The notes under the pieces are model-generated. The model was given only the letters and a program-made list of their open reading frames with translations. It did not search any database and was not told where the DNA came from. The position numbers and the translations under genes are program-made. Shown one piece after another: positions 27,687 to 39,984 of a DNA stretch of 64,000 nucleotides. Each line of letters begins with the position of its first letter. The first letter of the stretch is position 1. The stretch spans positions 698,811-762,810 of the forward strand of contig NW_027192198.1 in assembly GCF_041956535.1 (NCBI RefSeq). The letters run 5' to 3'. The DNA comes from Calcarisporiella thermophila CBS 279.70 (Eukaryota; Fungi; Calcarisporiellomycota).

Positions 27687-29289
27687 TCATTGAGTTGCCT
27701 TCACTTCGTCTGCAATGGCCCTGCTAATAATCAGCCGCTGGATTTGGGCCGTGCCTTGAATCATCGGATTGCATAAATAGATTAGATTTCAAACAAGATG
27801 ATAAGAGACGAAACCTTAATTACCCTCATAAATTTGGAAGATTTTTGCGTCACGCATCAACTTCTCTACTGGATATTCCGTATTGAAACCATTACCACCA
27901 AAGACTATGGATGCACAGAAATTCAGCTTATGAGGGACACCCTTTTCCTTTGCAAAACCTTCTCCACTTACTCTGTACAGCATCCGTAGCACACTTGTTT
28001 GCGACGTCCGCGGCAAGCTATAAGAGGAGCCATCAGATGTTATGACACATTCAATGAGTAGCGTTGAGCAGCGTTGTCAATCTGGATTCTTACCGCCTTT
28101 GCAATCGATGAGTAGTAGGTAGGTCTCTGGCCCTGATCCTTGAGCCAACCAGCCCGCCATACCATCATGCGTGCACTCTCAATACCGATGGCCTAGGAAA
28201 TAACAAAATTGGGTCAGAGAATGCGAGGGGCCAGCGATAATTCGCATAGGATGTTTACCATATCGGCTAGCATGAACGCTACGCTCTGATGGTTGATGAT
28301 TGGCTTGCCCATGGTCTTGCGCTCAAGCGCGTATTTTGCTGCCTCGTCCATTGCTCGACGGGCAAGTCCCACTGCGGCGGACGCAACCAGAGGTCGGGTA
28401 ATATCAAAGGCCGCCATAGCAATCTTAAAGCCTTGACCAATCTCTCCAAGCCTGTTTTCATCGGGAACCTCCACATCCTCAAACGTGATTCCGCGAGTAT
28501 CACTAGCACGTTGGCCCATATTGATCTCTTTGCGGCCCACCTGAATACCCTTGCTGTCCGCATCAACAATGAACCCAGTAAAAGCCTTACCAGCATTGGC
28601 CTGAGGATCCGTCTTTGCTAGGACGAAATACCTATATTCAAAAACACGTTAACTTGAATCAATCGATGCCTCCAAAGCGAGCCAATTTTGTATTACCAGT
28701 TTGCCTTTCCACCATTAGTGATCCACATTTTCTGTCCATTAATCACCCACTTATCCCCTTTTTTCTCTGCCTTGGTAGAAATTCCCGCTACATCCGATCC
28801 TGCACCAGGCTCTGTGACACAGTAGGCCGCCATTAAAGGCTCCTCGGTCATCCGCCCCAAATATTTTTTCTTCTGTGCATCGTTGCCAGCAACAATCACT
28901 GGTGCTTCTGCCAGTCCGTTTGCCTCGATGGCTGTCTGTATCCCCGTGCATCCGTATGCAAGCTCTTCGCTGACGAGGGAGCAATCGAACACACCGAGAC
29001 CCAAACCACCATAGGCCTGAGGGATGTGGGTGTTAACCAGACCTAGCTCCCAAGCCTTTCGGATAATTTCAACTGGATATTCACCAGTTTGGTCATGGTG
29101 TGCCGCTCGTGGGATGATTTCTTCTGCAGTAAACTTGCGAGCAAGATCCTGCATGGACTTTTGTTCTTCAGTCAGCGAAAAGCTAGGGCCAATGCTGCTT
29201 GGAGCTGAGGCAAAGGCCCTCGAAAGCATAACCGAAGAATACCGCCTAAAGCTGGATGTAAGCGGCTTTAGTTTGTTGATGATGGGCAT
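27687..29289 (-). CDS. ACADM: Mitochondrial medium-chain acyl-CoA dehydrogenase
   Basis: Arg/Ser-rich presequence, SFSLTEEQK...[89 protein letters not shown]. Confidence 0.92.
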
Positions 29290-29899
29290 GGCGAAAATTA
29301 GTGAAAATAGAGAGAGATGTAGCGAAGGGGTAGGGGGTAGAAGCAGGCAATTTATGGCTTGAGCTGAGCCAAAAATGCAAAAAGCACTTGACATGTGATA
29401 TTCAGATTGCAAATACAGTCACGAGATGGCTGTAATAGAGAAATTGCAGGCTCTTCTTCTCTCTTTATTGTTATTGTTTATCGCACCGGTGCATGGCCAC
29501 TCCACTCAACCGGGGCCTAATCCTTCCGGGATGTTTCTTTGCATAGAGCAAGAAGTCAATCTGCCACAGGCCCATTTGAATTTGAAACTTGGTCAGTGGC
29601 TTTTCTGGATCCTTGGATATTATAAAGTTTAAGTTAGCTTGTTGAGGCACATCAATTCAATAGTATCTTGGGTTTAGCTCTCAATTCGTAGATTGTTTTT
29701 CGATTAAGTATAAGAATATTTATTTTTCCAAGTCCATTATTAGATCGGATGAATGGAGGGAACAGATTGATCTAATTAAAGAGGCACGGAAGTAGCCAAA
29801 ATACATTAAAAATATGCTAAATTTACAAAAATATGTGAAATGGAATGTCTATTTGATGGGTGGGGGTGGATGGTGGGCGATATCGAAACGAGTTCGATT

Positions 29900-30103
29900 C
29901 TATCGCATTGAGTAGAAAGAGTACACTTGGGCGGCTCGCCTGTAATTCGGGTTGTTTTGCAAAACGCGCTTCTTTTCTTCTTGAGAGGGTAAACGAGTCT
30001 CAGTGCGGATCACTTTCGGGTCCGATTGAAGTACAACGTAGTAGTCTCGATGATCATATCGAGCCACGGGTTTCTTAGTGAAGTGAGCAATGATATCTGG
30101 CAT
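29900..30103 (-). CDS. Putative 67-aa basic protein
   Basis: Single-exon ORF with ATG in A-rich context and TATATAAAA about 50 bp upstream; no recognisable family. Confidence 0.4.
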   Translation of the reverse strand: MPDIIAHFTKKPVARYDHRDYYVVLQSDPKVIRTETRLPSQEEKKRVLQNNPNYRRAAQVYSFYSMR

Positions 30104-30765
30104 TCTGATGTTGTGTTTATGTTTCTAGCCATGGCGGATTTCGATCATCTTTTATATAGATAGCTTCGGTAGAAACTCTTCAACCCTCCGTGCTTTTCTG
30201 CCTATCGCGATCGTTTTTTTGGTGATAGGATGAGTAAGCCTAGCCTGTTGAACATTCTAACTAACAAATCCTCTTTTGAGAAAAAAAGCGATACTCGGCC
30301 GTCCGAATCTGTTGGCCAATAGAAATTCATGACGCCACTAAGCGATTCCCGGCTATTAGTTTAAGTAGTGTCTACTTCTGAAATATGGCATGTTTTAATA
30401 TGGTTAAACTCCGAGCTCGACTGTGTTTCCATCAAGCTCTCCTTACTGTGCTGAAATGGATCTCTCATTTTTGACAATGTGATTCAGTGAAATTGCTAGC
30501 ATACTATTTACAACTTCATCTATGTCTCTATGCTCAGCGAATTAAATTTACAGTTAGTGAATACGATACATTTCATCATAGATCTATTTTTCACAGTTGG
30601 ACAAAGGGACTGTAGCACTTCAGAGCTATTTTGGGAGAAGTGTTTGGAAAATATAAAGAAGTATCACGTTTATAAAGGATACTGAAAGAAAAATTAAATA
30701 TTTGATTATTGATGAAACCTCATCTCGGATTATATATACAAGAAATTCAGATTTTGGCAGAGAAT

Positions 30766-31164
30766 TTATCGGCGCCCGAGTTTTTCAGATTCCTTCTTCA
30801 AATTCTCTTTAAACGCTTGAACAAAAGTATTTACTCGGTGTGATCCTTCTTGAATCAATGGTTGACCTAAAATTACGCATATATAAAAAGGGGTGTAAGT
30901 CCAGATGCACCTATATTCGTATCAGAAAGGAAAAAGAATAATGCCCAAACTTGAGATTTACTTTGATTTTGAAGCTTGGATACTTTCTCGTGAGTCTTGG
31001 CGGCCATTCGATGGAAAGTAGGACTTTGCAATAGCTGGTAAAACAAGAAATAAAATAAGAAAGAAAAATGAGTACCCCTGTGTATAAGCAGATGTATATC
31101 GTGATGGATTCACCCTTTCCGTAATGAACTGATTTGCCCAGTAGCTAATCAAACGTCCGAACAT
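30766..31164 (-). CDS. Small mitochondrial MRX7/NCBP2-AS2-like protein (3 exons)
   Basis: Spliced translation MFGRLISYWANQFITER|LLQSPTFHRMAAKTHEKVSKLQNQ|SQPLIQEGSHRVNTFVQAFKENLKKESEKLGRR*; the LLxSPxFHR motif is characteristic of the family. Confidence 0.7.
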
Positions 31165-31304
31165 TTTTATAAAAATGGTATTTTGTGCAGATGGAAGCTC
31201 TCAAAGCCGATTCAACAAAGAAAATAAAAAATGACGAGCTGCGCCACATTCTTAAATGGCACCCTAAGTCGATATTATAAAATAATGACATATAAGTTGT
31301 GTCG

Positions 31305-31999
31305 TGTTACAGGCAAAGGGAGATTTCGTGGAGAGCTGTGCGGATTCCTTAATAATAAAAATAAGAGATTGGTCTTTTAATAAAAGACTAATAATAAAAC
31401 TAATAATAATAATAATAATAATAATATAATGAAATAATAGCTTATCCTCACCTTAATAATAAAAATAAGAGATTGGTGAGGAACAGTAAAACAAAATAGA
31501 GGGGTTTAAATAGAATTAAGAGATAAAGGAAATAGCTCAACTGGTGTTCAAGGATAAATAAAGATAAACCAACAAAATAGCAATCAACCTCAACAAAGTA
31601 ACCATGAGGGAGCATAAGAGTAACCACGAGGGGTCGGCAACGTAGCGGTAAACAATGCTATTGGCTGCTCCACTTTAAAGATATCGCGCTTCCTGAATTT
31701 TTTTTTTTTTGATCAATCAACGGAGACTTTTATTAGTTTCCGTAGCTTACAAGAGTTTAATGATTACAATGAAATAAGAAAAGGGGGGAATAAAGGGTAA
31801 ATTAGATGTATATAGTGATCGGGTATTTGGTGAAAGGTATGAAGTAAAGAGGAGGGGAGGAGGGAAAGAGCGGATTGGGAGAGAGGAAGGGTTGCTTCGT
31901 CACTCCAGTTTCAGTCTTGCTCTATCCGATCGCGCTTCCTGAATGCCTATGTGACTGCCTCTGTGACTTCCCCGTACAAAAACCAATTATCTCGTAACA
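31305..31999. mobile_element. Solo LTR, family 1, copy A
   Basis: Begins TGTTAC, ends GTAACA, flanked by GTCG at 31301-31304 and 32000-32003; near-identical to 51050-52160. Confidence 0.85.
31699..31928 (-). mobile_element. 5'-truncated LINE 3' end nested in LTR1-A
   Basis: Poly-T tract, TSD ATCGCGCTTCCTGAAT at 31683-31698 and 31929-31944; sequence matches the 3' end of the LINE at 47164-47534. Confidence 0.85.
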
Positions 32000-32003
32000 G
32001 TCG

Positions 32004-32300
32004 NNNNNNNNNNNNNNNNNNNNNNNNNNNNNNNNNNNNNNNNNNNNNNNNNNNNNNNNNNNNNNNNNNNNNNNNNNNNNNNNNNNNNNNNNNNNNNNNN
32101 NNNNNNNNNNNNNNNNNNNNNNNNNNNNNNNNNNNNNNNNNNNNNNNNNNNNNNNNNNNNNNNNNNNNNNNNNNNNNNNNNNNNNNNNNNNNNNNNNNNN
32201 NNNNNNNNNNNNNNNNNNNNNNNNNNNNNNNNNNNNNNNNNNNNNNNNNNNNNNNNNNNNNNNNNNNNNNNNNNNNNNNNNNNNNNNNNNNNNNNNNNNN
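32004..32300. other. Assembly gap (N run)
   Basis: Run of N. Confidence 1.
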
Positions 32301-32525
32301 TTTCGTGTGCTCAAGATAGTTTAAGGAGATATTTGAAAAGAGATTGAAAATATAAAGAAACTAATAATACTCTTGTTACTTCTTGTCCTTACAACACTTA
32401 AGATCTAAAGACTATTTATACACTTAAATTACGTAAAGTAAGTCACAGAAAATATAATCCGAAGGCTGAACCAAAGTCTCGCTACGGAATATTAAATAGT
32501 AACAAACTATTGTCCGTGAAACCGC

Positions 32526-32827
32526 TTTTTTTTTTGATCAATCAATGGAAACTTTTATTAGGTTAATAGTTCCCAATATTACAAGAAGCAGACGTGAAAG
32601 AGCTTGACGCGAAGTAAGTTATCCACGTCATGTTGACGAGCATCGCTCATTGCGTCAGTAATAGTCGTTATTGTTGTGTTTATCGTGAAAGTCGTGTTTG
32701 TCGTGTTAGAGCCAAAGGGCAAGTGGACAGCAATCTCAAGAAGCGAGTGCTGGTGGGGATTGCGGGGTTCGAACCCGCGCCATTTCGATTATGGCACCTG
32801 AAGTGGACCACTGCACCACCTCTCCCC
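32526..32827 (-). mobile_element. tRNA-headed SINE (SINE-A) nested in LTR2-A
   Basis: Minus-strand head GGGGAGAGGTGGTGCAGTGG...GGTTCGAACCCC...TCCCCACCA with A and B boxes; poly-A tail; TSD GTCCGTGAAACCGC at 32512-32525 and 32828-32841; absent from the second LTR2 copy. Confidence 0.85.
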
Positions 32828-32910
32828 GTCCGTGAAACCGCTACTATTCGCCTATTTATCCTAGCTTACAGCATATCCCTTCTCTAGCACACGACAGTCG
32901 TCGTCACTTA

Positions 32911-32983
32911 GGGGAATTAGCTCAAATGGTAGAGCGCTCGCTTAGCATGCGAGAGGCACGGGGATCGATACCCCGATTCTCCA
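32911..32983 (+). tRNA. tRNA-Ala (AGC)
   Basis: GGGGAATTAGCTCAAATGGTAGAGCGCTCGCTTAGCATGCGAGAGGCACGGGGATCGATACCCCGATTCTCCA; cloverleaf, AGC anticodon, G3:U70, downstream T-run. Confidence 0.97.
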
Positions 32984-33188
32984 CTCCATTTTTGTTTTGT
33001 CCTAGGGCTGTTTCTTATTTCCAAAGCACGCCTGAATACATCTTTTGACTAGCTGCGTCATATTTCTTAATTTGTAGTGTGCTCTTTCTCTCCAAAATTT
33101 TGGCAGCCACAGAATTTCAGATTATGTTCAATTTTCTTTAATTATCTTGCCAAGCTCACGATTTTCTATTGAATCTTTGAAAGAAAAA

Positions 33189-34101
33189 ATGTCCACCAAG
33201 AATCCAAATTCCGACGATGAGCATAACGAGAATCATGAGCAGAAGAATCAAGACTATACCTCCTTTACCAACACTATACGTAAACGTATGCGTGATTTGA
33301 TGAATCCTTCGCAGGATGAAGAGCGCTGGGACGAATATTGTTTGCAATGGTGTAAGCAACAGAGCGGTTCACGGCGATTAGGTGAGGATCCTGAATGCCG
33401 GATGATTTGTTTTCAGAGACAGAGAGAAGAAGATAAGTGGTGGCGTGGATACCGGGTTATTGCGCTAAAAGGAACCAAGACTTGCAATAGTCATATTGAG
33501 AGTGAGTATTTCACAAGATTATTGTATATAAAGTGATTTAATTATTGGCATGTTGTTATCAGATATGAGCCAAAGCATGGTAGATAATCAAGATGTAAAA
33601 GATTCGAGGTGGGTTTTTTCCTCCAATTATGCTCTTTATTCTAAATCTCTAACAAACATAATTCTAGTAGAATTGATAAAAACGAGGAAGCTGTGGTATA
33701 CGAAATCGATATTGGGGAAAAGGTTGAGCAAGCTGGCGCTGAAAGTAATGAATTATTTGGTTTTCGTCTTACACTTTGGCTGTGCATTTACCTATATCAC
33801 TTCTATTTCAGCAACCAAAGTGATCAAACGAACATTCACACCGGTATTTACTCTTCTTACTCGGTATACCAACTCCTTTACCGACGGAACACAATCGGCC
33901 TTTTTCGAGAGATTTGCCGAAACTGTAAAGCGAATGGACGCAGTGCATCTAGTGCACAATGGTGCTGGAAAACTATGGGGTGTGTGGAGTGGGCGGCGAG
34001 AAGGGGAGGATGAAAATAAAGAAACAAAAAAGCGTTCGACTGCAACTACCGAGAAAAATTTAAAGGAAAATGAAGATAAAGGGGATCCGAAAAGCACATA
34101 G
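33189..34101 (+). CDS. Hypothetical protein with Cys motifs, multi-exon
   Basis: ORF 33147-33536 (EYCLQWCKQ...PECRMICF) spliced through short exons to the 3' part of ORF 33550-34101. Confidence 0.6.
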
Positions 34102-34326
34102 CGTTGTTGATGTATGTTTTACTCCGTCTTGTTTTTTTATGTAAATTCTTTGTCAGCCATTCTATCGACACATGCTCAGTTTTAAGCAATATTTTTTTGC
34201 TTGTTATTATATTTTACTTTTATTTTTACAATTCTTCTGTAATTTATTTTGATTAAGGGAATGGAATATACAGAGTAGTGGAGATATTACGTTGAGATAT
34301 ATAGAGGCTTAAAAGACGAGGGAAGT

Positions 34327-37300
34327 TTAATTTTTTGGGCCCTTTTCCTTAGTGAAACCGAACCTACTCAATGAGTCATTTCCCTTGTCGGCAGGGCGTT
34401 TGCTCCTGCTCGCTCTTTTTGAATTAGACATGATTGCATCCTTCCTCCCTTCTTCTGTCGAGGAATTCTCCCCAACACTCGAGGTCCTGAGCAGTAGAGA
34501 CGCAGGGCTGAATCCGCTCATATATGTTGACGACTCCCTATTGCTATCGAGCATCGATGAAGAATTCGAAGAGACTGATTTTTGTGATGATTCGACTCCT
34601 AGGTACGACCGATAGTCGCTCTCCTCGTCATCTTCTACTAGTATGGCTGCCTCCTGCGATAAACCATCCGATGTAACTGAGACCCTCAATAGGCTTGCCG
34701 CTGATCTGAATCCGTTAGCTGATGAGGGGAGATTGTTGGAAACAGTGTTCCGATGTAGGTGGTTGTGCTTGAGTCTCGAGTATGGTCCCATGCCATCTCT
34801 AAATTCGTCCATAGTTGTACGGGGCCGCTTCCAGGCTCCAAATCTGGGATTTTCACTTGTGCTACCGCCATACCGTTTCTCACTACTCTGACGTTTTTTA
34901 AACATGGCGTCTCCATAGGCACTGTACCAGTTCCCAGCGTACCGCGGCTGTAGACTCCAAAAATTATCAGAGTCATCCTCCCCATTGCTTGCATGTTTTC
35001 CGTCCTCGTCTGAATAGTTTAGATCATCCTCCGCAGGTTTATGGTACAGCAAATCCTTCCATGTCTTTTCTTCAAGTGGCTCGCTTTCACTTGGGACAGG
35101 TCGCCCGAGAAGTACAGCCAGCTGTCTTCTCATTTCCGTATCAAGTTCGGGCAACACGGTCGAGAAACTCGCTTGTGGTAAATCCCGAAGAAACGGTGAT
35201 AACATGCGTTCGCCGTTGTAGCCACCGGTAGTGCGAAGCAGGGAATTGGTGCAATAGAGGAAACATTTTGCGCGAGTCATTCCGACATAGAGCAGACGCC
35301 TACCAAATATCCAAGTAAGAGCCATTTTATATATGGAGTTAAAAATACAAGCGAGATCGTGTTACCTTTCTTCGTTCTTCTCTGCAACTGAATTCTGGCT
35401 CCGCGTATGAGGGATTAATCCATCCTCACATCCGATAACAAATACGCATGGCCACTCCAACCCTTTCACATTTTTGTGTATCGAGCGCGTCATTACAAAA
35501 ATTTAAATGTAATAAATTTAAATAACCTACCTTTTGACGCGTGGAGAGTCGCAATGGTAACGGCCTAAAAATATTCCAATTTAGGGTTTCCTTGAGGCTA
35601 GCAGCGGAATGAAAACATAAATTCTTACATTTTTCTGCCTTTCATCAGAATATTCTATATCTGATGCCAGTGATGCCGAAGTTAAAAAGGTCGAGAGAGG
35701 GCTAGTCGAAAATAGTAAGGATCAGATTGCGCAAAGTGAGCCAGTCCTTCTTTGTATAAAACCTACGAATCTACTGAATTTTCGATCGGCCCATTTTCAA
35801 CCTCACCGGATGGGTCTCCACCTGTACTAGAGGTGCACTCAAAACGGGTGGCGAAACTGATCAATTCCAGTACATTTTCAACGCGTGCGTCCGCATCCTG
35901 GTAGTTTTTGCGCAAATGCTCCTCATAGCCCATCTTCTCGAGGATTAGATAGATCAACGCGGGAATACTCACATTCTGAATTTATTGCAAGCGATGGCAG
36001 CAATAAAAAAAAGGAAAAGGTTAGCAAGACTTCGAAATTATTGTTCCAAGATGTTCGCACCCACTTTATCAATCGCCTGTTTAAGTGTGACTATGGTTTT
36101 CAAGAAGTCTGTCAAGCCTTTTTTCGGTAATCGTTTAAATTCTGCAGTCGATTTTCCTGCGACAAGGTTTTTTACAACTTCAATCGGTGACAATTGGTGT
36201 TCAGTAGCGATTCGAAGGATCGCGTCTATCGTCTTTGGCCCAATCTCACGTTTTGGCACGTTAATTATTCGCTCAAATGCAAGTGTATCCCGGTCATTTT
36301 CCACGAGGCGCAAATACGCGATAATATCTTTAATTTCCATTCGATCGAAAAACTTGTATGCGCCAACCTAATTCGATTGTGTATTAGAGCATTTAGCATG
36401 AATAAAATAGCAGAGAAGAGTAAAAGAGAGGATCCAAATGCATACCACGTTGTATGGTATTCCAGAACCCTGTAATGCGGCTTCGACAGCACGCGTCAAT
36501 ACGTTCACTCTTACAAGCACCGCAAAATCTGAATAGTGAAGCATTTGTCGGGTTTCATGTGTGAGGCGAGCAATCTCCTGTGCAATAAGCTGGGCCTCCA
36601 TCTCTTGATCTTGGGTCGTGCATACGCTTACCAACACGCCTCGCATGTTTGAAGTCCAAAGTCCTTTAGCGATTCGGTCGGTGTCTGAATTAGTTTCAAA
36701 GGAATGGGAGAGGGGGGGGGGGGCAGCCACAAAAGTGTGCAGCAGATTTAGACGCTACTAAGTCTTTTGGCAATAATATAGATAGCATTACCTTTGGATA
36801 CCACATGGATCGCACATTCTAAAATCGACGCCGTAGACCTGTAATTCTGTTCCAGCCGAACTATTTCCGTACCACTAAAGTCTTTGCACATTTTCTTGAA
36901 ATTAGCTACGTCTGCGCTCCGCCAGAGGTAGATGCTCTGATCTGGGTCTAGAAAGGGATAGAACTAATAAATAGGCGGCTTCACCAGGTTAAAACGAAAG
37001 CAAATATGTAACCTCCAACAACAGTAAGACATTTGCTTGCTTTTGCAAATAGTTTAACAAGTTCATACTGTATACTGTTGGTATCTTGAAACTGATAGTT
37101 GGGAAAGATTTTAGCAGTCGTATCAGAAACCCCGGGAACAACACCAATATATAATACCTCGTCAACTAATACGTGTTCTACTCCTTTTAAAATGTTTTTT
37201 TCCGTCCTAAATAATTTAAGGGCAAAGACAAGGAGGTCATCAAAATCCTGTTTACTCAAAGTATTGTTAACGACAAAGGTGCGATAGCAAATGAATACTC

Positions 37301-38216
37301 AATTGCATACCAAACTATTATTTTCTCTCAGCTTTGATTCATAAGCTTTATACACACATGCGACATCGGATTTGAAGGGGTATTTTTCCTTAATGGCTTC
37401 AGGACTCATATTATTGCACTTGGCTTTTGAGATTTCCGACATGTACACCTCTAAAATATAAGGACGTTTGAGTGACAGAGCCATAAGCACCAAGTGAGCA
37501 CTCTGCTTACCAACTTTTCTCTCGAATATATTCAACTCTTTTAAAATCTTCTTCAGGATATTTTTACTATAAAGGAGCACAAAAAATCCGATTAATAAGT
37601 TGATTGTAAAATAACAAATAAAGAGAGCAGCGGACCTTTCAGAAGCATCAGCAATCACGAAATTAGAATTCAACTTGATATAGCCACCATGCTTTCTAAG
37701 ATATCTAGCACAAATGGAGTGAAATGTGCCCATCACGACATAATCTGTGATTTCTTGTCCAAGAAGCTTATCGCTGCTCAAGCGCGAGCGCATCTCACTC
37801 GCTGCTTTATTAGTAAAGGTGACAACCACAACATTGCATGGGTTAAGTCCCTGCTTCTCGATGAGCCACGCGACGCGAGATGTAAGAACTATACCACAAA
37901 AATCATAATATTAAATATATCGCGATTATTATATGGATCCACTTAGGTTTAATCGTAAGGCATCACCTTTTGTCTTCCCTAAAAAAGGTTCAATCAAAAA
38001 TTATGGAATAGGAATATAATATTGTTATTAAATTGGCCCAATTGAATGCTCAACCCTGAGAACATCCAAGAACTCTTCAGCTTGAATACCTGAGCCTGGA
38101 CCAGCTAAGACTTGTAACGATTTGGCTGTGTTAGTTACAGCTGTGAGCTGTGCAGGATTCAGCTCGGTCAAGTAGGCGTCTTTTATATTTCTGGTATCGA
38201 CAGAATTACTTGTCAT
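34327..38216 (-). CDS. SRS2: UvrD/Srs2-family SF1A DNA helicase, many introns
   Basis: LNPAQ..AV, AGPGSGKT, VTFTNKAASEM, GTFHS, VLVDEFQDTN, VGDPDQSIY, LEQNYRST, INVPKREIG, TLHASKGLEW, ERRLLYVGMTRAK. Confidence 0.9.
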
Positions 38217-39984
38217 TGTAAAAAGGGAACATTCACACTATAATTATAGTAACTTATTTAATTTTTTGAATTTCGCGACGAATTTAAGGGTGCTTTTTAA
38301 TTTGGGACTGTTCATCAAGTTGGGGTGTAAAAAACTTTGAATTGGCGCAGTAAATCACTAGTTGAATATTAGTTGATAGTCGAACACCTATTTTAAAGTG
38401 CGAATAGAAATGAACTAAAAGCAATTTATATCATGAATGGGCTCATAGGACTAACTGACGATTATTTAAAAGGACGAGGAATATATATTTTGCAAAATAA
38501 TATATCTTGTCTAACAAGAATGTTAGTGTATTTCAGAATTATCGTCTGATAACGAACAGCAGAAAATTAAATTTCGAATAGTAAGATACCATAAAAGATT
38601 ATAACGAGCCCCACTAGATTTGAGCTCACAAAACACTCTTAATTAAGATAGCTTATTACTATGAATCAACATACAGTACTCTTTATTTGAATAATGCTCT
38701 AAGATAGAGCTAAAGCTTAGATATTCTCATCATGTTTGCCAGATAGAAAAATCTAGAGCCAGTTGAGATATATATTTTATTTCCTTTCGATATTCCAGAA
38801 TTTCCCAGATCTAGAGATAGTAGTGCCAGAGTGGCTGGAAGCAAGTAGTGGCATTGGTGGTCGCATATGAGCTTCGCAAGATTAATACCAATTCAAGGTT
38901 AATAAATGTAAAACCTATTCGTGCGATGTAACAATCGACGGAATTTGGGGATGGATCAGGGTAAAAAATATTATAGCTCTCAACACGAGCAAGCATGTAA
39001 TTAGGATGGAATGTGAGTGGGGTTGCGCACACTTTTCTTCTTAAGAAAGAGCTTCCGTATTCTCACGAGTTTCCCTCCCTTATTCGTTATTCCAGCTGCA
39101 TTTTTTGATTGCAAAGATAGCACCTGATCCCTGGATTCTCTTGGAAAGTTATCGTAAAGAAGCTGTTACTTCTTGCAAAATGGACGCGTAAGATCTCGCT
39201 CCCTTTTTTGCTTCACTTAACTTTCGATGAAGAGGGGAGCTTAGTTCTATACGCCACCCAACACGGCAATAAACTTTAAATTCTCGTGTGACGTAGTATA
39301 AATAAATTGGATTCCTGGTAAATAGGGAATAAATCTTTACGCCACTTGCAAGTATATTAACAGGGACTTGTAGAGCGGCAAAGCTATGTTTCTAGCGCGC
39401 TTCACAAGAGATGGCAATTAATAGGTTTTCATCTGACCATTTCTTGTTCTATTGGTCCAGCACAGTGTCTGCCAAAATGAATGAAACCCTCCACAACTTG
39501 CCCAACGTTCGAGGCTTCTCCCATGAAGGACAACTTGTATATCTATTTTTAACAGTGTTGAAAAGCAGAAAACGCGCGCAGGCAGCATCCACCAAAACAA
39601 CTTAACCTCTCATTTGTGCCACGGCTGTTGTTGCCCTAGTGAGAGTAACGGAATCAAAATTGAAACTTGTTTCCATGCCAGCTATTGTGAGAAAACTCGC
39701 ACGGGTTGTGCCATTTTAGTAATCGTGTTCATTAACATTAAAGATTGGCCTAAAGACCAAGGAAACAGAGCATGGAATGCTGTGGTGGAGAAACCATGTA
39801 TCCATATGCTGTGGTTATGGAAAAGAAACATACTTTTAAGCCCAGTTTTTGGACTAATGATAATACATTATAAAAGGAGATAGAGAATAGATTTTATGGA
39901 GTATCTCATTCTGTCAATTATATTCGCACTTTTTCTTGAAATCCAGAGACTTTTATCCTATTCTGCGCTTTTCTGAAAAGAAAC

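Larger units (their letters stand above)
32004..32896. mobile_element. Solo LTR, family 2, copy A (left end hidden in gap)
   Basis: Ends ...CTAGCACACGACA followed by GTCG (32897-32900), the same 4-mer that precedes the gap; homologous to 48529-48751. Confidence 0.7.

Noticed and set aside
31922-32319. ORFs spanning N runs (also 50984-52147 and 51357-52103)
   Set aside because: Artefacts of translating assembly gaps.
32750-32827. tRNA-like sequences on the minus strand (also about 47060-47140 and 50878-50955) as real tRNA genes
   Set aside because: Anticodon arms are poorly formed, there is no immediate T-run terminator, and each lies in a TSD-flanked poly-A element, so they were called SINE heads.
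38700-39900. Possible decayed gene between SRS2 and the repeat protein
   Set aside because: Mixed composition, but the frames I translated gave no recognisable family.
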